Assembly: GCA_965261345.1 (NCBI GenBank)
Contig: OZ253449.1
Span: 2,208,001 to 2,272,000, forward strand
Reading direction: 5' to 3'
Source of the DNA: Chloroflexota bacterium
GTDB taxonomy: Bacteria > Chloroflexota > UBA11872 > VXNJ01
DNA: 64,000 nucleotides
The notes beneath the pieces are model-generated. The model had not been told where the DNA came from and did not search any database. It worked only from the letters and a program-made list of their open reading frames with translations. This document shows positions 7,487 through 18,113 of the stretch, piece by piece (positions within the stretch are counted from its first letter, which is position 1; each line of letters starts with the position of its first letter). The translations under genes and the position numbers were made by a program.

Positions 7487-8689
7487 ATGAAGATAACCGA
7501 CATCTGGTTCGAACAGCTATCTGGACGGATGCAGCCCGAATACCCAATGTTTCAGGAGCGCTTGATCCGCCCGATTGACGTATATCCGGAACATCGCGCC
7601 GAAGGTGGCTTTGCGATGTGGCAGGGACGCTTTGCACCGGTAGCGGATGGGACGATCGAAGTGTCAACGGTCGTCTGCCACGTGGAAACCGACGCGGGGA
7701 TCAGCGGTATTGCCGGTCCTTGTTCGATAAACGAAGCATTTTTCGTCCGCCACCAGCTACTCGATCTGCTCAAGGGTGAGGACCCGCTGGCCACCGAACG
7801 GGCGTGGGACAAGATGTACCGCTACCTCATCCACGGCCGCAAGGGCGAGGCGATGTTCGCGGTTTCAGCGGTAGATTCGGCCCTCTGGGACATCCGCGGC
7901 AAGGCCGCCGGCCTGCCGCTCTACCGTCTGCTGGGCGGGCCGGTGCGCAAATCCTTTCCCGCCTACGCCTCAGCGCTCGGATTTTCGATCGCGCCCGACG
8001 ATGTCGCCAAGGTCGCCCGCCAGTTCATCGACCAGGGCTACACCGCCACCAAGTGGTTTGTCCGCAATGGACCAATGCAGGGCGAAGCCGGCGCCCGCGC
8101 CAATCTGGATTTGGCCGCGGTATTGCGCGAGACCATCGGCGACGAAAACGAGATCATGATCGACGCCTGGAGCTCCTGGGACGTTCGCTACGCGATCGAT
8201 ATGGGCAACCGCTTGGCCGACTATCGCGTGCGCTGGATCGAGGAAGTGGTCAAGGCCGACGACATCCCTGGCCAGGCCGAGGTCCGGCGGCGGTCGCCCA
8301 CTCCGGTATCGGGAGGCGAACACGAATACACCCGTTGGGGTGCCCGCGAATACCTGGAGGCCGGAGCGGTCGATCTCTATCAGGCCGATACGATCTGGGC
8401 CGGCGGGGTATCGGAAATGATGAAAATCTTCGCCCTCTGCTCAGCCTACGGCATCCCGCTGATACCGCACGGCGGATCGGTGCCGATTAACGCCCACCTG
8501 ACCGCGGCGGTCTCGCCGACCGATGCGCCGTACATTGAATATCTCGTCCAGTGGAACGAATTTACCCAGTACTTTTGGAAATACCAGACCAAGCCGGTTA
8601 ACGGGCAGATCTCGCCCACCGAGGGACCGGGACTGGGCCTGGAAATCGATGAGGGAAAAGTAACCTCCCGAAAACGGCTCGACTATTGA
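7487..8689 (+). CDS. Mandelate racemase/muconate lactonizing family acid-sugar dehydratase
   Basis: SAVDSALWDIRGK, YAS, IDAW, WIEE, GGEHE and PHG motifs of the enolase superfamily. Confidence 0.92.
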   Translation: MKITDIWFEQLSGRMQPEYPMFQERLIRPIDVYPEHRAEGGFAMWQGRFAPVADGTIEVSTVVCHVETDAGISGIAGPCSINEAFFVRHQLLDLLKGEDPLATERAWDKMYRYLIHGRKGEAMFAVSAVDSALWDIRGKAAGLPLYRLLGGPVRKSFPAYASALGFSIAPDDVAKVARQFIDQGYTATKWFVRNGPMQGEAGARANLDLAAVLRETIGDENEIMIDAWSSWDVRYAIDMGNRLADYRVRWIEEVVKADDIPGQAEVRRRSPTPVSGGEHEYTRWGAREYLEAGAVDLYQADTIWAGGVSEMMKIFALCSAYGIPLIPHGGSVPINAHLTAAVSPTDAPYIEYLVQWNEFTQYFWKYQTKPVNGQISPTEGPGLGLEIDEGKVTSRKRLDY

Positions 8690-9813
8690 TGGCCAAGGCT
8701 GCGCCGATGCGGGCGGAGGCCGAGGAGTTGCTTGCCGCCGCCGGCATCCAGATCGACGGTCCCAATCCCTGGGACATGCAGGTAAAAGACCAGCGTCTGT
8801 TTAAGCGAATATTTCGGCAGGGGTCGCTGGCCCTGGGCGAGTCCTACATGGACGGCTGGTGGGGATGCGAACAGCTGGATGAGCTAATCGCCAGGGTGCT
8901 GCGCAGCCAGATAGACCAGCTGGTGCCACGGAATCTCAAGGTTGCCGCCTACCGCCTCTCGGGGATTGCGTTAAATCGCCAGTCCAAGGCGCGCGCCTGG
9001 ATCGTGGGGCGCGAGCACTACGACCTGGGCAATGACGTTTTCGCGGCGACCTTCGATACCCGGATCACCGGCAGCTGCGGCTATTGGGCCCGGGCTGACA
9101 ACCTCGATGACGCCCAAACCGCCAAGCTGGATCTTATCTGCCGCAAGATTGGCCTGAAACCGGGCCAGCATGTGCTCGACATCGGGTGCGGCTGGGGCGC
9201 GTTCATGCATTTTGCGGCCAGCGAATACGGGGCCCGCTGTACCGGGGTTACGGTTTCGCAAAACCAGGTCGACCACGGACGAGAACGCTGCCGCGACCTG
9301 CCGGTGGAGTTTCGCCTGATGGACTACCGCGACCTGACCGGGAGCTTTGACCACGTGGTGTCGATGGGCATGTTCGAGCACGTGGGCTTTAAGAACTACG
9401 CCGCCTACTTCGACGTGGCCCGGCGCTGCCTCAAGGACGATGGGCTGTTCCTGCTGCACAGCATCGGGGCCAACCGGACCTCGCCGGTCATCGACCCCTG
9501 GATCGACAAGTACATTTTTCCCAATGGCGCGCTTCCCTCAATTAGCGCCCTGGGTGGGGCGCTGGAGAATCGCTTCGTGGTCGAGGACTGGCACAACTTT
9601 GGCCCCGACTACGACAAAACGCTGTGCGCCTGGATGGAGAAATTCGACTTCAACTGGCCAGATCTCCGGGCCAAATACGGTGATCGCTTTTACCGCATGT
9701 GGCGCTACTATCTGCTCTCCTGCGCCGGCGGTTTTCGGGCCCGAAATATCCACCTCTGGCAGCTGGTTCTTTCCAAGCGCGGCCTGGTCGGCGGTTATGT
9801 TCCGGTCCGTTGA
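8689..9813 (+). CDS. cfa: Cyclopropane-fatty-acyl-phospholipid synthase
   Basis: LGESYMDGWW, HYDLGN, LDIGCGWG, SMGMFEHVG, WIDKYIFP and RMWRYYL motifs. Confidence 0.95.
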   Translation: MAKAAPMRAEAEELLAAAGIQIDGPNPWDMQVKDQRLFKRIFRQGSLALGESYMDGWWGCEQLDELIARVLRSQIDQLVPRNLKVAAYRLSGIALNRQSKARAWIVGREHYDLGNDVFAATFDTRITGSCGYWARADNLDDAQTAKLDLICRKIGLKPGQHVLDIGCGWGAFMHFAASEYGARCTGVTVSQNQVDHGRERCRDLPVEFRLMDYRDLTGSFDHVVSMGMFEHVGFKNYAAYFDVARRCLKDDGLFLLHSIGANRTSPVIDPWIDKYIFPNGALPSISALGGALENRFVVEDWHNFGPDYDKTLCAWMEKFDFNWPDLRAKYGDRFYRMWRYYLLSCAGGFRARNIHLWQLVLSKRGLVGGYVPVR

Positions 9814-10003
9814 AATCCCAACCATGGGCAACCGGTAAGGGCGCTAGGTCCCTGGCCCAGTTGTTTGAATTGACGACCTGGGCGCACATTGCCATCGGGT
9901 TCGTCTATTTTTCCGCCTTCCGGGCAGGGTCTCCCCGGCTACCGCGGGGCGGCTGCGACATAGCTCCGGTTGGCATCCTTGTTTCCCCATCGGAAGTCTC
10001 CGT

Positions 10004-10675
10004 ATGACGCTGAATAGCATATTGCTCGTCATCCACATTTCAGCCGGGTCAGTCGCCCTGCTGGCGGCAGTCATCGCCCTGGTTACAGCGAAGGGTAGGC
10101 GTCGTCACATACTGGCGGGAAGGGTTTACGCCTCCGCCATGACGGTGATATTTATTACCGCATTGCCGCTGGCGATACTCGGCTCAAGCGTGCTCTTGCT
10201 ACTTATTGCCTTTTTCAGCTTCTATCTGGTGTTTGCCGGTTGGCGCCTGGCCCGCAACCGCTCAGGACGTCCTCGGCCGGTTGACTGGTTTGCCGTCGCG
10301 GCAATGGGGGTAACCGGCCTGGCGATGTGGGGCTACGGAGCAGTCCTGGCCGGCGACGGCGACGATCAGTGGGTGACCATGCTCCTCCTCGGCGGCATCG
10401 CAGTGGCCCTTGGCCTGGCTGACGCCCGATACTTTTTTCTCCAATCCAGGGAGCAGGGGCCGCCCGGCATTGGCCGCATCGGCCGACACCTTACCAATAT
10501 GCTCGCCGGAACCATCAGCACCGTTACCGCCGTATTTGTCGTAAACGTAGCCACGAACCCGGTGTGGCTGGCGTGGATTCTGCCCACTCTCGTAATCACT
10601 CCGCTGATCGTCTGGTGGAACCTGCGCGTCCGCAGGCAGATGCACGGACCGGGGCCGCGGCACCAGCACGGCTAA
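10004..10675 (+). CDS. DUF2306-like integral membrane protein
   Basis: HIxAG..KGxxxHxxxGRxY and HxxxM motifs with 6-7 TM segments. Confidence 0.75.
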   Translation: MTLNSILLVIHISAGSVALLAAVIALVTAKGRRRHILAGRVYASAMTVIFITALPLAILGSSVLLLLIAFFSFYLVFAGWRLARNRSGRPRPVDWFAVAAMGVTGLAMWGYGAVLAGDGDDQWVTMLLLGGIAVALGLADARYFFLQSREQGPPGIGRIGRHLTNMLAGTISTVTAVFVVNVATNPVWLAWILPTLVITPLIVWWNLRVRRQMHGPGPRHQHG

Positions 10676-10991
10676 TCACCCCCTCGGGCGGTGATCTCTG
10701 AAGGTGCGCTTCATCTGCCGTGCGGCCGTCATCCCGGCGAAAGTTGGAATCGAATCCCTTTACAAAGCTCAGCACACATCCGATAACGGCCTTTGCCGTG
10801 TCCGCCGGGCCCCAAAACCGCAGGCGACGTGGAGCAGTCAAGCATGCGCGGAGTGCGCCGCTCTGGGCAATTGCTGCCCTCCAGATTGCCTGGCGAGGAG
10901 ATCTCCAATATCGCCGCAAATTTTCTCAGCGCCCCCCGCGGGTTGCGCCCGCCCTGGTAATTGCACCGGCCAGTGGATTGGTGGTGCTCAC

Positions 10992-12464
10992 CTATTGGAA
11001 GGGATTCTTTACCGGTGCGAAGGCCGTTGGGGCCGGGGTGTAAGGGATCTTGACATAGTTGGCGATGATGTGCTCCTCGCCGCCGTTGGCGTTCACCAAG
11101 GTGCGCTGGTCGGCGAACGCGCGCGCGTTTTCAGTCTCTGGATCACAGATCTTTAGCAGCTCGCCGTGCAGGCGCGCCCGAACCGCCGCATGGTCGGGGT
11201 CGGCCCCCAGATCGACCAGTTCGCGCGGATCGGCCCGCAAATCGTAGAGGTGGGGTGGAAACTGATCGTCGCTGTAATAGATGTATTTGTGGCGGTCATC
11301 GCGGACCATGTACGAGCCGCAGATCGACAGGGCGGCATGGTATTCGGCAAATACGATCCGCTCCGGCGACTCGTCGCCATTCACGATCGGCCAGATCGAG
11401 CTCCCGGGAAGGTCGGCGTCGGCAGGTTCCAATTGCGCCCCGACCGCTTCGACCACGCTCGGAAAGAAATCTACAAAGGAGACATTGGATTTCCGTACCT
11501 GGCCCTTTGGTAGATCGGGCCCGGCCACGATGAAGGGCACGCTGACCGCGTCCTCGTAATGCGCACTCTTGCCCCAGAGGCCGAAACTGCCGGCCATCTC
11601 ACCGTGATCGGAGGTGTAAATGATGCGCGTATTGGGGCCAAACCCGTTCTGCTTGAGCGCGTCCAGGATTCGGCCCACCTGTTCGTCCATAAATGAGATC
11701 AAGCCCCAATACGCGGTTATCCCGCGGCGCACCGCCTCGTCGGGCAGGCGATCGGAGCCATCGGGTGGGCTGAGCCGCAGCGGCCGGACGCGGTTCCAGT
11801 AGGGGTGGTCGGGGTATTGTTCGTGCGCCAGCGGCATTTCCACGGTTTCCGGGTCGTAGAGGTCCCAGTGGCGCGGCGGGCAGATGAACGGGAAATGCGG
11901 AGTGACCACCGAGGCGAAAAGCACCCAGGGTTTGCTTTGTCGCTTGGCTTCGTCGCCCAGCCAGCGCACCGTTTCGTCGCCCACCGCGGTGTCAAAGCGA
12001 ATGTATTCGGAGTCGCCGCCGTGGGCCTGGAGCACATCGCGGGCGGCGGCCTGGTTGGGATTGGTATTCCAACGGATGGATCCGCGCACGTCGCCGATTC
12101 CGTCTTTGACGTTCATTGAAACTCTTTTTTCGGCGATCCCGTTGTCGTCCGAATCGGCCCGGTAATGCAATTTACCGATCGAGGTGACCTGGTTGCCGTT
12201 GGCGGCCAGGCGGTGACCCCAGCTGGCCGCCTCGGTTCCGATGTATGGGTGGGCGTTGTCCCAGTGGCCGGTCTGGTGGCAGTAGCGGCCGGTTAGGAAA
12301 TTGGCGCGCGAGGGTACGCAGATCGGAAAGTTGCAATAGGCGTTGTCGAAACGCACGCCGTCGGCCGCCAGGCGGTCCAGGTTGGGGGTCTGCACCTGCG
12401 GGTGACCGTAGCAACCGGTCATCCGGCGGGTGTGCTCATCGGACATGATGATGAGCAGGTTCAT
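10992..12464 (-). CDS. Sulfatase, choline-sulfatase-like
   Basis: NLLIIMSDEH, CVPSRA, GKLH, PHFP, SDHGEM and AEYHA motifs. Confidence 0.93.
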   Translation of the reverse strand: MNLLIIMSDEHTRRMTGCYGHPQVQTPNLDRLAADGVRFDNAYCNFPICVPSRANFLTGRYCHQTGHWDNAHPYIGTEAASWGHRLAANGNQVTSIGKLHYRADSDDNGIAEKRVSMNVKDGIGDVRGSIRWNTNPNQAAARDVLQAHGGDSEYIRFDTAVGDETVRWLGDEAKRQSKPWVLFASVVTPHFPFICPPRHWDLYDPETVEMPLAHEQYPDHPYWNRVRPLRLSPPDGSDRLPDEAVRRGITAYWGLISFMDEQVGRILDALKQNGFGPNTRIIYTSDHGEMAGSFGLWGKSAHYEDAVSVPFIVAGPDLPKGQVRKSNVSFVDFFPSVVEAVGAQLEPADADLPGSSIWPIVNGDESPERIVFAEYHAALSICGSYMVRDDRHKYIYYSDDQFPPHLYDLRADPRELVDLGADPDHAAVRARLHGELLKICDPETENARAFADQRTLVNANGGEEHIIANYVKIPYTPAPTAFAPVKNPFQ

Positions 12465-12599
12465 GGGCTCCAAGGGGCGACCTTTCACAATTGCGCGGCG
12501 GATTAGAGGGTCGAGAGTTCGCCGCTTATTTACTACCAATAGTTTCCTGTGGGAGGCCGGATGCGGCCGGTTTGGTGGCCCGGCACCCGGGCGGGACCG

Positions 12600-14075
12600 T
12601 CAGCGCTGGATACCATCCTCGTAGAAATCGGCTGGCGTCGGCGTGGCGCCGATTAGCGGGCCCTCGGCGATGACCTTTGCCTCGCCGCCGTAGCTATCAA
12701 TCAGCGCCCGCTGGTCGGCAAACGCCCGGGCGTTGACCTTTTCGGGATCGCAGACGGCCAGCAGCTGAGCGTGCATCCGGTCGCGAATTGCCCGATGGGC
12801 TGGATCCTGCCCTAGGTCGCATCTCTCCTGCGGGTCGTTTTGCAGGTCGAACAGCTGTGCCGGATAGCCCTCGCCGGCGTAGTAAACGTACTTATGGCGC
12901 TGGTCGCAGATCATGAAATTGCCAGTGAGTGACTTGGCGGCATGATATTCGGAAAAAGCGATCCGCTCCAGGTCTTCGTCCCCGGCCGCCAGCGGCCAGA
13001 GCGAGGATCCCGGCAGATTGGCGTCGCCGTCGGCCGGTTGGGCGCCGACCGCTTCAAGGACGGTGGGGAATATGTCGGCCCAGGTAACTATGCTCGACCG
13101 GGTCTGACCCGCCGGCAGATCCGGACCGGCCATGATGAGCGGGACGCCGACCGAGTCCTCGTACATGCACATCTTGCCCCACAGCCCGAATCCGCCCAGC
13201 ATTTCACCGTGGTCGGAGGTGTAAATGATGCGGGTGTTTTCGGCCTGGCCGGAGTCCTTAAGCGCTGCCAGTACCTTGCCGAGGTTGTCGTCCATGAAGG
13301 TGGTGATCCCGTAGTAAGCGGCGATCGCCCGGCGGATTTCGTCCTCGTCGAAATACTCGCCCGGAGCGGCCGGGACCCTCCAGCGGCGCGCTTCGTTCCA
13401 GTACGGGTGGTCGGGCCACTCCTGCTCGCGCCAATTGATTGGTAGATCGACCTGGTCATGTGGATACATATCGTAGAAGTTCGTCGGCGCGGTGAGCGGC
13501 GGATGCGGGCAGAGCAGGGATACCATCATTGCCCAGGGACGATCGTGGCCTTGCGATTCGTTTGCCAGCCAGCTGCAGGCTTCCTCGGTTACGGCCCGGT
13601 CGAACCGGGTGTAATGGCTTTCCCCGGGTCCGGCCAGGTTGACCATGTCGCCCTGCAGTCCGCCCTTGGGCGGGAGCCGGTGCCAGCGCAGCGATCCGTG
13701 ATAGTCGCCCTTGCCCTGGAAGATGTTCATCGCGATCCGCGATTCGGTCAGCCCGTTGGGATCGGCAACATCGTGGAAATGCAGTTTGCCAATCGTGGTG
13801 GCAACATGGTCCTGGGCGGTGAGGCGATGACTCCAACCCTCGGGCTGGCCCTGCCAGGCGTGGGCGTTATCCCAGTGGCCGGATTGGTGGATGTACCGGC
13901 CGGTCATGAAGTTGGCGCGCGACGGCACGCAGATCGGGCAGTTGACATAAGCGCGGTCAAAGCGGACCCCGCGGGCGGCTAAGGCATCGATGTTGGGGGT
14001 CTTGACGACTTCGTGTCCGTAGCAACCAGTCATCCTGCGGGTGTGTTCATCAGACATGAGAATTAGCAGGTTCAT
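12600..14075 (-). CDS. Sulfatase, choline-sulfatase-like (tandem paralogue)
   Basis: NLLILMSDEH, CVPSRA, GKLH, PHPP, SDHGEM and SEYHA motifs. The start could be 14084. Confidence 0.93.
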   Translation of the reverse strand: MNLLILMSDEHTRRMTGCYGHEVVKTPNIDALAARGVRFDRAYVNCPICVPSRANFMTGRYIHQSGHWDNAHAWQGQPEGWSHRLTAQDHVATTIGKLHFHDVADPNGLTESRIAMNIFQGKGDYHGSLRWHRLPPKGGLQGDMVNLAGPGESHYTRFDRAVTEEACSWLANESQGHDRPWAMMVSLLCPHPPLTAPTNFYDMYPHDQVDLPINWREQEWPDHPYWNEARRWRVPAAPGEYFDEDEIRRAIAAYYGITTFMDDNLGKVLAALKDSGQAENTRIIYTSDHGEMLGGFGLWGKMCMYEDSVGVPLIMAGPDLPAGQTRSSIVTWADIFPTVLEAVGAQPADGDANLPGSSLWPLAAGDEDLERIAFSEYHAAKSLTGNFMICDQRHKYVYYAGEGYPAQLFDLQNDPQERCDLGQDPAHRAIRDRMHAQLLAVCDPEKVNARAFADQRALIDSYGGEAKVIAEGPLIGATPTPADFYEDGIQR

Positions 14076-14240
14076 CGGTTGCATGGTCGGGGTCGGTCCT
14101 ATTTGGGGCATCGTATCTCTCTAAATGTTGCCGTAGGGAGCACCCACCGCCCCCGGAATTTTTTTTGGTACCTTGGACTATCGGGTCGGTGCTCACACGG
14201 CCTGGAATCATGGGCGCTCTCTAGAGAGATCGGCTTGGCA

Positions 14241-14903
14241 ATGTGCGGACGCTTCGGGCTCTTTTCCGACCTCGATCATCTGGCCGAGCAATTCGGCTTT
14301 GAGCCGCTGGCGTTGCGCGAGCTTTACCAGACCTCCTACAACGTTGCCCCGACCCAGGATGTGTTGACGGTTTCCGCTCCCGGGCTAACCCTGGAACCGA
14401 TATGGATGCGCTGGGGGCTGGTGGCCCCCTGGCTGGCCGCCGGGCGGCCGCTGGGCAAACCGATCTTCAACGCCCGGTCGGAGACGATCGCGCAGAAACC
14501 GATGTTTCGCAGTGCCTTCCGCCGCCGCCGCGGCCTGGTGCTCGCCGATGGCTTCTATGAGTGGCAGCGGATCGGCGCGCGCCGGCAAGCGCACTGGATT
14601 CGCCGGCGCGACCGGGCGCCGCTGGCGCTGGCAGCGATATGGGAGCGGCAGGCCGGATCGGGGCTCCGCTCCTGTGCGGTCGCCACCACCACCGCCAACG
14701 AACTTATGGCGCCGGTCCACCAGCGGATGCCGGTTCTATTGGATCCGACGACGGTTTCGCGCTGGCTGGACCCGGGCGCTGGCCGCGATGAGTTGCTCTC
14801 CCTCTGCGATCCCCGGGCGTGGCCGGACATGGAGGTGCTGGCGGTCTCAGATAGGGTTGGCCGGGTGGCCAACAACGACCCCAGCCTCATCGATCCGATT
14901 TAG
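14241..14903 (+). CDS. SOS response-associated peptidase (SRAP/HMCES/YedK family)
   Basis: N-terminal MCGRF (catalytic Cys2), NVAPTQ, RWGL, NARSET, GFYEW and HxRMPV motifs. Confidence 0.95.
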   Translation: MCGRFGLFSDLDHLAEQFGFEPLALRELYQTSYNVAPTQDVLTVSAPGLTLEPIWMRWGLVAPWLAAGRPLGKPIFNARSETIAQKPMFRSAFRRRRGLVLADGFYEWQRIGARRQAHWIRRRDRAPLALAAIWERQAGSGLRSCAVATTTANELMAPVHQRMPVLLDPTTVSRWLDPGAGRDELLSLCDPRAWPDMEVLAVSDRVGRVANNDPSLIDPI

Positions 14904-14928
14904 GCGGTAGGGCGGCCGCTGGCGCCGC

Positions 14929-17900
14929 TTAACCCCAATCGCGGCTTGGTTCATTGACCACCAGTTCGGCCGACCAGGGCGGGGCCAGGGCCCGGGCCCG
15001 GTCGACCATGATGTTGGCGCAACCGTCGCGGCGTGACATCTCTCCCTCCACCAGCACCAGCGGGGCACAGAGGGCGTCGCGGTGCCTGTCCCAGGTCGAC
15101 GGCCAGACCGCCAGCGGGACCATCCCGAATTCATCCTGCAGGGTCATAAAGATCATCTGCCCCAGCGGCCGCTGCCGCCGCAGCACCTTGCCGGCGACGC
15201 TGATCCGGACACCGTCAGGGACGTGGGCAAGCTGGCGGCTGCTTAGCACCGACCCGGCCAGCTGCGGGCGCAGGACCGACATCACATGACCATCGGTCCA
15301 GAGCCCCAGGGTTTGGTACTCGTAGGCCATCCGGCTAGATGCCGGCAACGGCGCGAGATTGGCCATCGTCGCTCCAAGCGGCAGCGGCAGGGGAGCCTGG
15401 GCCGAGGGCGGGCGGTAGCGCAGACCCACCTCCCAGAGGGCTTGCCGGCGATCGTCAAATCCGGCCAGCCGGTCGCAGGCCCCGGCCTTGACCAGGGCTT
15501 CCAGGGCCCCCTGGTAGAGCCCGCTGCGAGCCACCAGGTCGCCCAGCGAGCGGAAATTTCCGCTCTTTACGCGCGCGTCCAGCATTCGCTGGGCGCTGGT
15601 CTGTTCTACGCCGGCCACAAACGTTAAGCCCATCCGGAAGGCCGCCTTGCCCGCGGGACTGCAGCGCAGCTGGCTGCGGTTAACGTCCGGCCCAAGGACG
15701 CTGACCCCGCGTTGGTGGGCATCTTCCTTGAGGGTCTCGATCGACCAGAAGCCCATCGGCTGAGCATTAAAGATCGCACAGTAAAACTCAACCGGAAAGT
15801 AATGCCGCACCCAGGCCATGTGATAGGCGGTGGCGCCGAAGGCCAGGGCATGGGCCTCGGGGAACATGTAATGCGGGTTGAATTTCTTAAATATCCGATC
15901 GGCTATCGCGGTCGGCACCCCGCGCGCCCTGGCGCCATCGCGGAAGCGCTCCCAGTAGGAACGGAGCAGGTCGGTGTTGTTGCGGCGCTGAAAGGCCCGC
16001 CGCAGCAGATCAGATTCCGAGGCCGACAGACCGCCCACGTCCATCCCCAGCTGGACCACCTGGTCCTGGAAGAGAATGATCCCCAGCGACTTGGCCAATG
16101 CCCGCTCCTCCAAGGGGTGGTCATAGTCCCAGGCCCGTCCACCGCGGCGGCGCAGGAATTCCGATACCCCGTCATTGGCTCCCACCCCGGGCCGCACGGC
16201 GGCCACCTCCAGGGCCATGTCGTAGAGATGGCGGGGCTTCATGCGCGCGATCGTCTGCATCTGCGCGGCGCTCTCGACCTGGAACACCCCCACCGTGTCG
16301 CCGCGACCCAGGTCGGCATAGACCGCCGGATCGGCATGATCAATCCGGCTCAGATCGAGTCGCCGGTGGTGGCGGGCCTCGATCAGCTGCAGGCACTCCT
16401 GTAGCTGCGAGAGCGCGCCGAGAGCTAGGAAATCGATCTTGACAAAGCCGGCATCCTCGATCGTGTGTTTGTCCCACTGGCAGATGTAGCGTCCGGCAAT
16501 TGCCGACGGCTGCACCGGCACCATCTCGCTAAGTGGCCGCGAACTGATGATCATCCCGCCCGGATGCTGCGCCAGCCCCTTGGGAAACCCCTGCAACTGA
16601 CCGCCCAGCTCGATCAGGTCGCGCCAGCCGCGGTGATCGCGCTTGCCCGCCAGCTGCGGTATCTTGGTCAGCGCCTCCTCCAGGTCGGCCGCCGATCGCG
16701 ATTCGGCGCGGCGGGCCAGGAGTTCAAGCTCGGTGGCCGGCAACCCCAGCGCCCGGCCGACATCGCGGACCGCGCCCTTGAGGCGGTAGGTGGGGATCAT
16801 CGCGGTGAGCGCGGCGCGCTCGGGGCCCAACTCGGCAAACACCTTCAGGATCAGTTTTTCGCGGATGTCGCGCGGAAAATCCAGATCGATGTCGGGTGGA
16901 CCAACCAGCCGGTCCTCGGGCAGGAACCGCTCCAGTGGCAGATCGTATTGCAGGGGGTCGACATGTGAGAGCCCGATCAGGGTGCCGGTGAGCATGGCCA
17001 CCGATGAGCCGCGCCCGCGCCCGGGTGCGCGTTCAGCCAGCGGGGCTCCCGCCGGCAGGTGTCCCAACTCGACGGCAACCTGCCTGGCCCACTCGATGAT
17101 TTGGCGGTAGAGCAGAAAGAATCCGGCCAGGTCGTGTTTGGCAATCAGGCGGAATTCCTCGTCCAGGCGCGCCTGGACGGCGGGGCCGATCCGGCCGTAG
17201 CGCTGCCGGGCGGCGGCCCGGCAGACATGCTCGAAATAGGCCTGCCCACTGGCAAAACCGGGCGGGATCGGGTAGCTGGGGAAGGAATAGCGGATCTGCT
17301 TGGCGGCAAAGGCCATGCAGCGCCGGGCGATCAGGTCGTTGTTGGCCAGCGCCTGCGGCCAGCGCCTGAACAGGCGGGCCAATTCGGAGCGCTCGCGCAG
17401 GTGGTAGTTGCGGTTTGGGTGCCGCTGGCGATGACAGCCGTCAAGGGTGGTATTGAGGCGAATTGCGGTCAGGACGTCGCAGAGTCGATGGCGGCTGCGG
17501 TCGTGATAGCAGGCCCCATTGGTTGCGACGATGCCAATTCCCAGGTGGCCGGCCAGCTGGGCCCGGTCACGATTGCCGGCCAGCTCGCCGGGGGCAAGAT
17601 GGCGCTGCAGTTGCACAAAGACCGCCTCGTTGCCCAGCATCTGGCAGTAGCTGCCCAGCAATCGGCGGGCGGCGGCGATGTTGCCGGCCGCAAGCAGTTG
17701 CGCCAGATGTCCACCCGGGGCCCCCACCAGGGCGATGAGTCCCTGCCCGTGCTCGGCCAATTGCCCGCGATCGAGTACCGGATCGCGGCGATCGCCCCGC
17801 TGGTGGGCGTTGCTGATCAGGCGGCACAAATTGGCATAGCCGATTCCGGTTTCGGCCAGCAGGGTGATGGGGGCGGGCTTGAGCTGGTCGTGCGCAATTG

Positions 17901-18111
17901 CCAGCTCGGCGCCGATGATCGGCTTTATCCCCACCGCCTGGGCGGCCGCGGCCAGTTCCAGCGCCCCGGTCAGGTTATTGCGGTCGGTAAGGGCCAGCGC
18001 CCGATAGCCCAGCTGGGCCGCGCGGGCGACCAGTTCGTCAACCGATGAGGCTCCCCGCCCGAACGAGTACCAGCTCCGGCAGGCCAGCTCGCTGTAGCTT
18101 GGCAGCTCCAT
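14929..18111 (-). CDS. dnaE2: Error-prone DNA polymerase III alpha subunit (DnaE2/ImuC)
   Basis: PHP domain, GRGSS, PDIDLDF, QHPGG, KIDFLALG, FQVESAAQ, NAQPMGF and a C-terminal OB fold. Confidence 0.95.
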   Translation of the reverse strand: MELPSYSELACRSWYSFGRGASSVDELVARAAQLGYRALALTDRNNLTGALELAAAAQAVGIKPIIGAELAIAHDQLKPAPITLLAETGIGYANLCRLISNAHQRGDRRDPVLDRGQLAEHGQGLIALVGAPGGHLAQLLAAGNIAAARRLLGSYCQMLGNEAVFVQLQRHLAPGELAGNRDRAQLAGHLGIGIVATNGACYHDRSRHRLCDVLTAIRLNTTLDGCHRQRHPNRNYHLRERSELARLFRRWPQALANNDLIARRCMAFAAKQIRYSFPSYPIPPGFASGQAYFEHVCRAAARQRYGRIGPAVQARLDEEFRLIAKHDLAGFFLLYRQIIEWARQVAVELGHLPAGAPLAERAPGRGRGSSVAMLTGTLIGLSHVDPLQYDLPLERFLPEDRLVGPPDIDLDFPRDIREKLILKVFAELGPERAALTAMIPTYRLKGAVRDVGRALGLPATELELLARRAESRSAADLEEALTKIPQLAGKRDHRGWRDLIELGGQLQGFPKGLAQHPGGMIISSRPLSEMVPVQPSAIAGRYICQWDKHTIEDAGFVKIDFLALGALSQLQECLQLIEARHHRRLDLSRIDHADPAVYADLGRGDTVGVFQVESAAQMQTIARMKPRHLYDMALEVAAVRPGVGANDGVSEFLRRRGGRAWDYDHPLEERALAKSLGIILFQDQVVQLGMDVGGLSASESDLLRRAFQRRNNTDLLRSYWERFRDGARARGVPTAIADRIFKKFNPHYMFPEAHALAFGATAYHMAWVRHYFPVEFYCAIFNAQPMGFWSIETLKEDAHQRGVSVLGPDVNRSQLRCSPAGKAAFRMGLTFVAGVEQTSAQRMLDARVKSGNFRSLGDLVARSGLYQGALEALVKAGACDRLAGFDDRRQALWEVGLRYRPPSAQAPLPLPLGATMANLAPLPASSRMAYEYQTLGLWTDGHVMSVLRPQLAGSVLSSRQLAHVPDGVRISVAGKVLRRQRPLGQMIFMTLQDEFGMVPLAVWPSTWDRHRDALCAPLVLVEGEMSRRDGCANIMVDRARALAPPWSAELVVNEPSRDWG

Positions 18112-18113
18112 GA

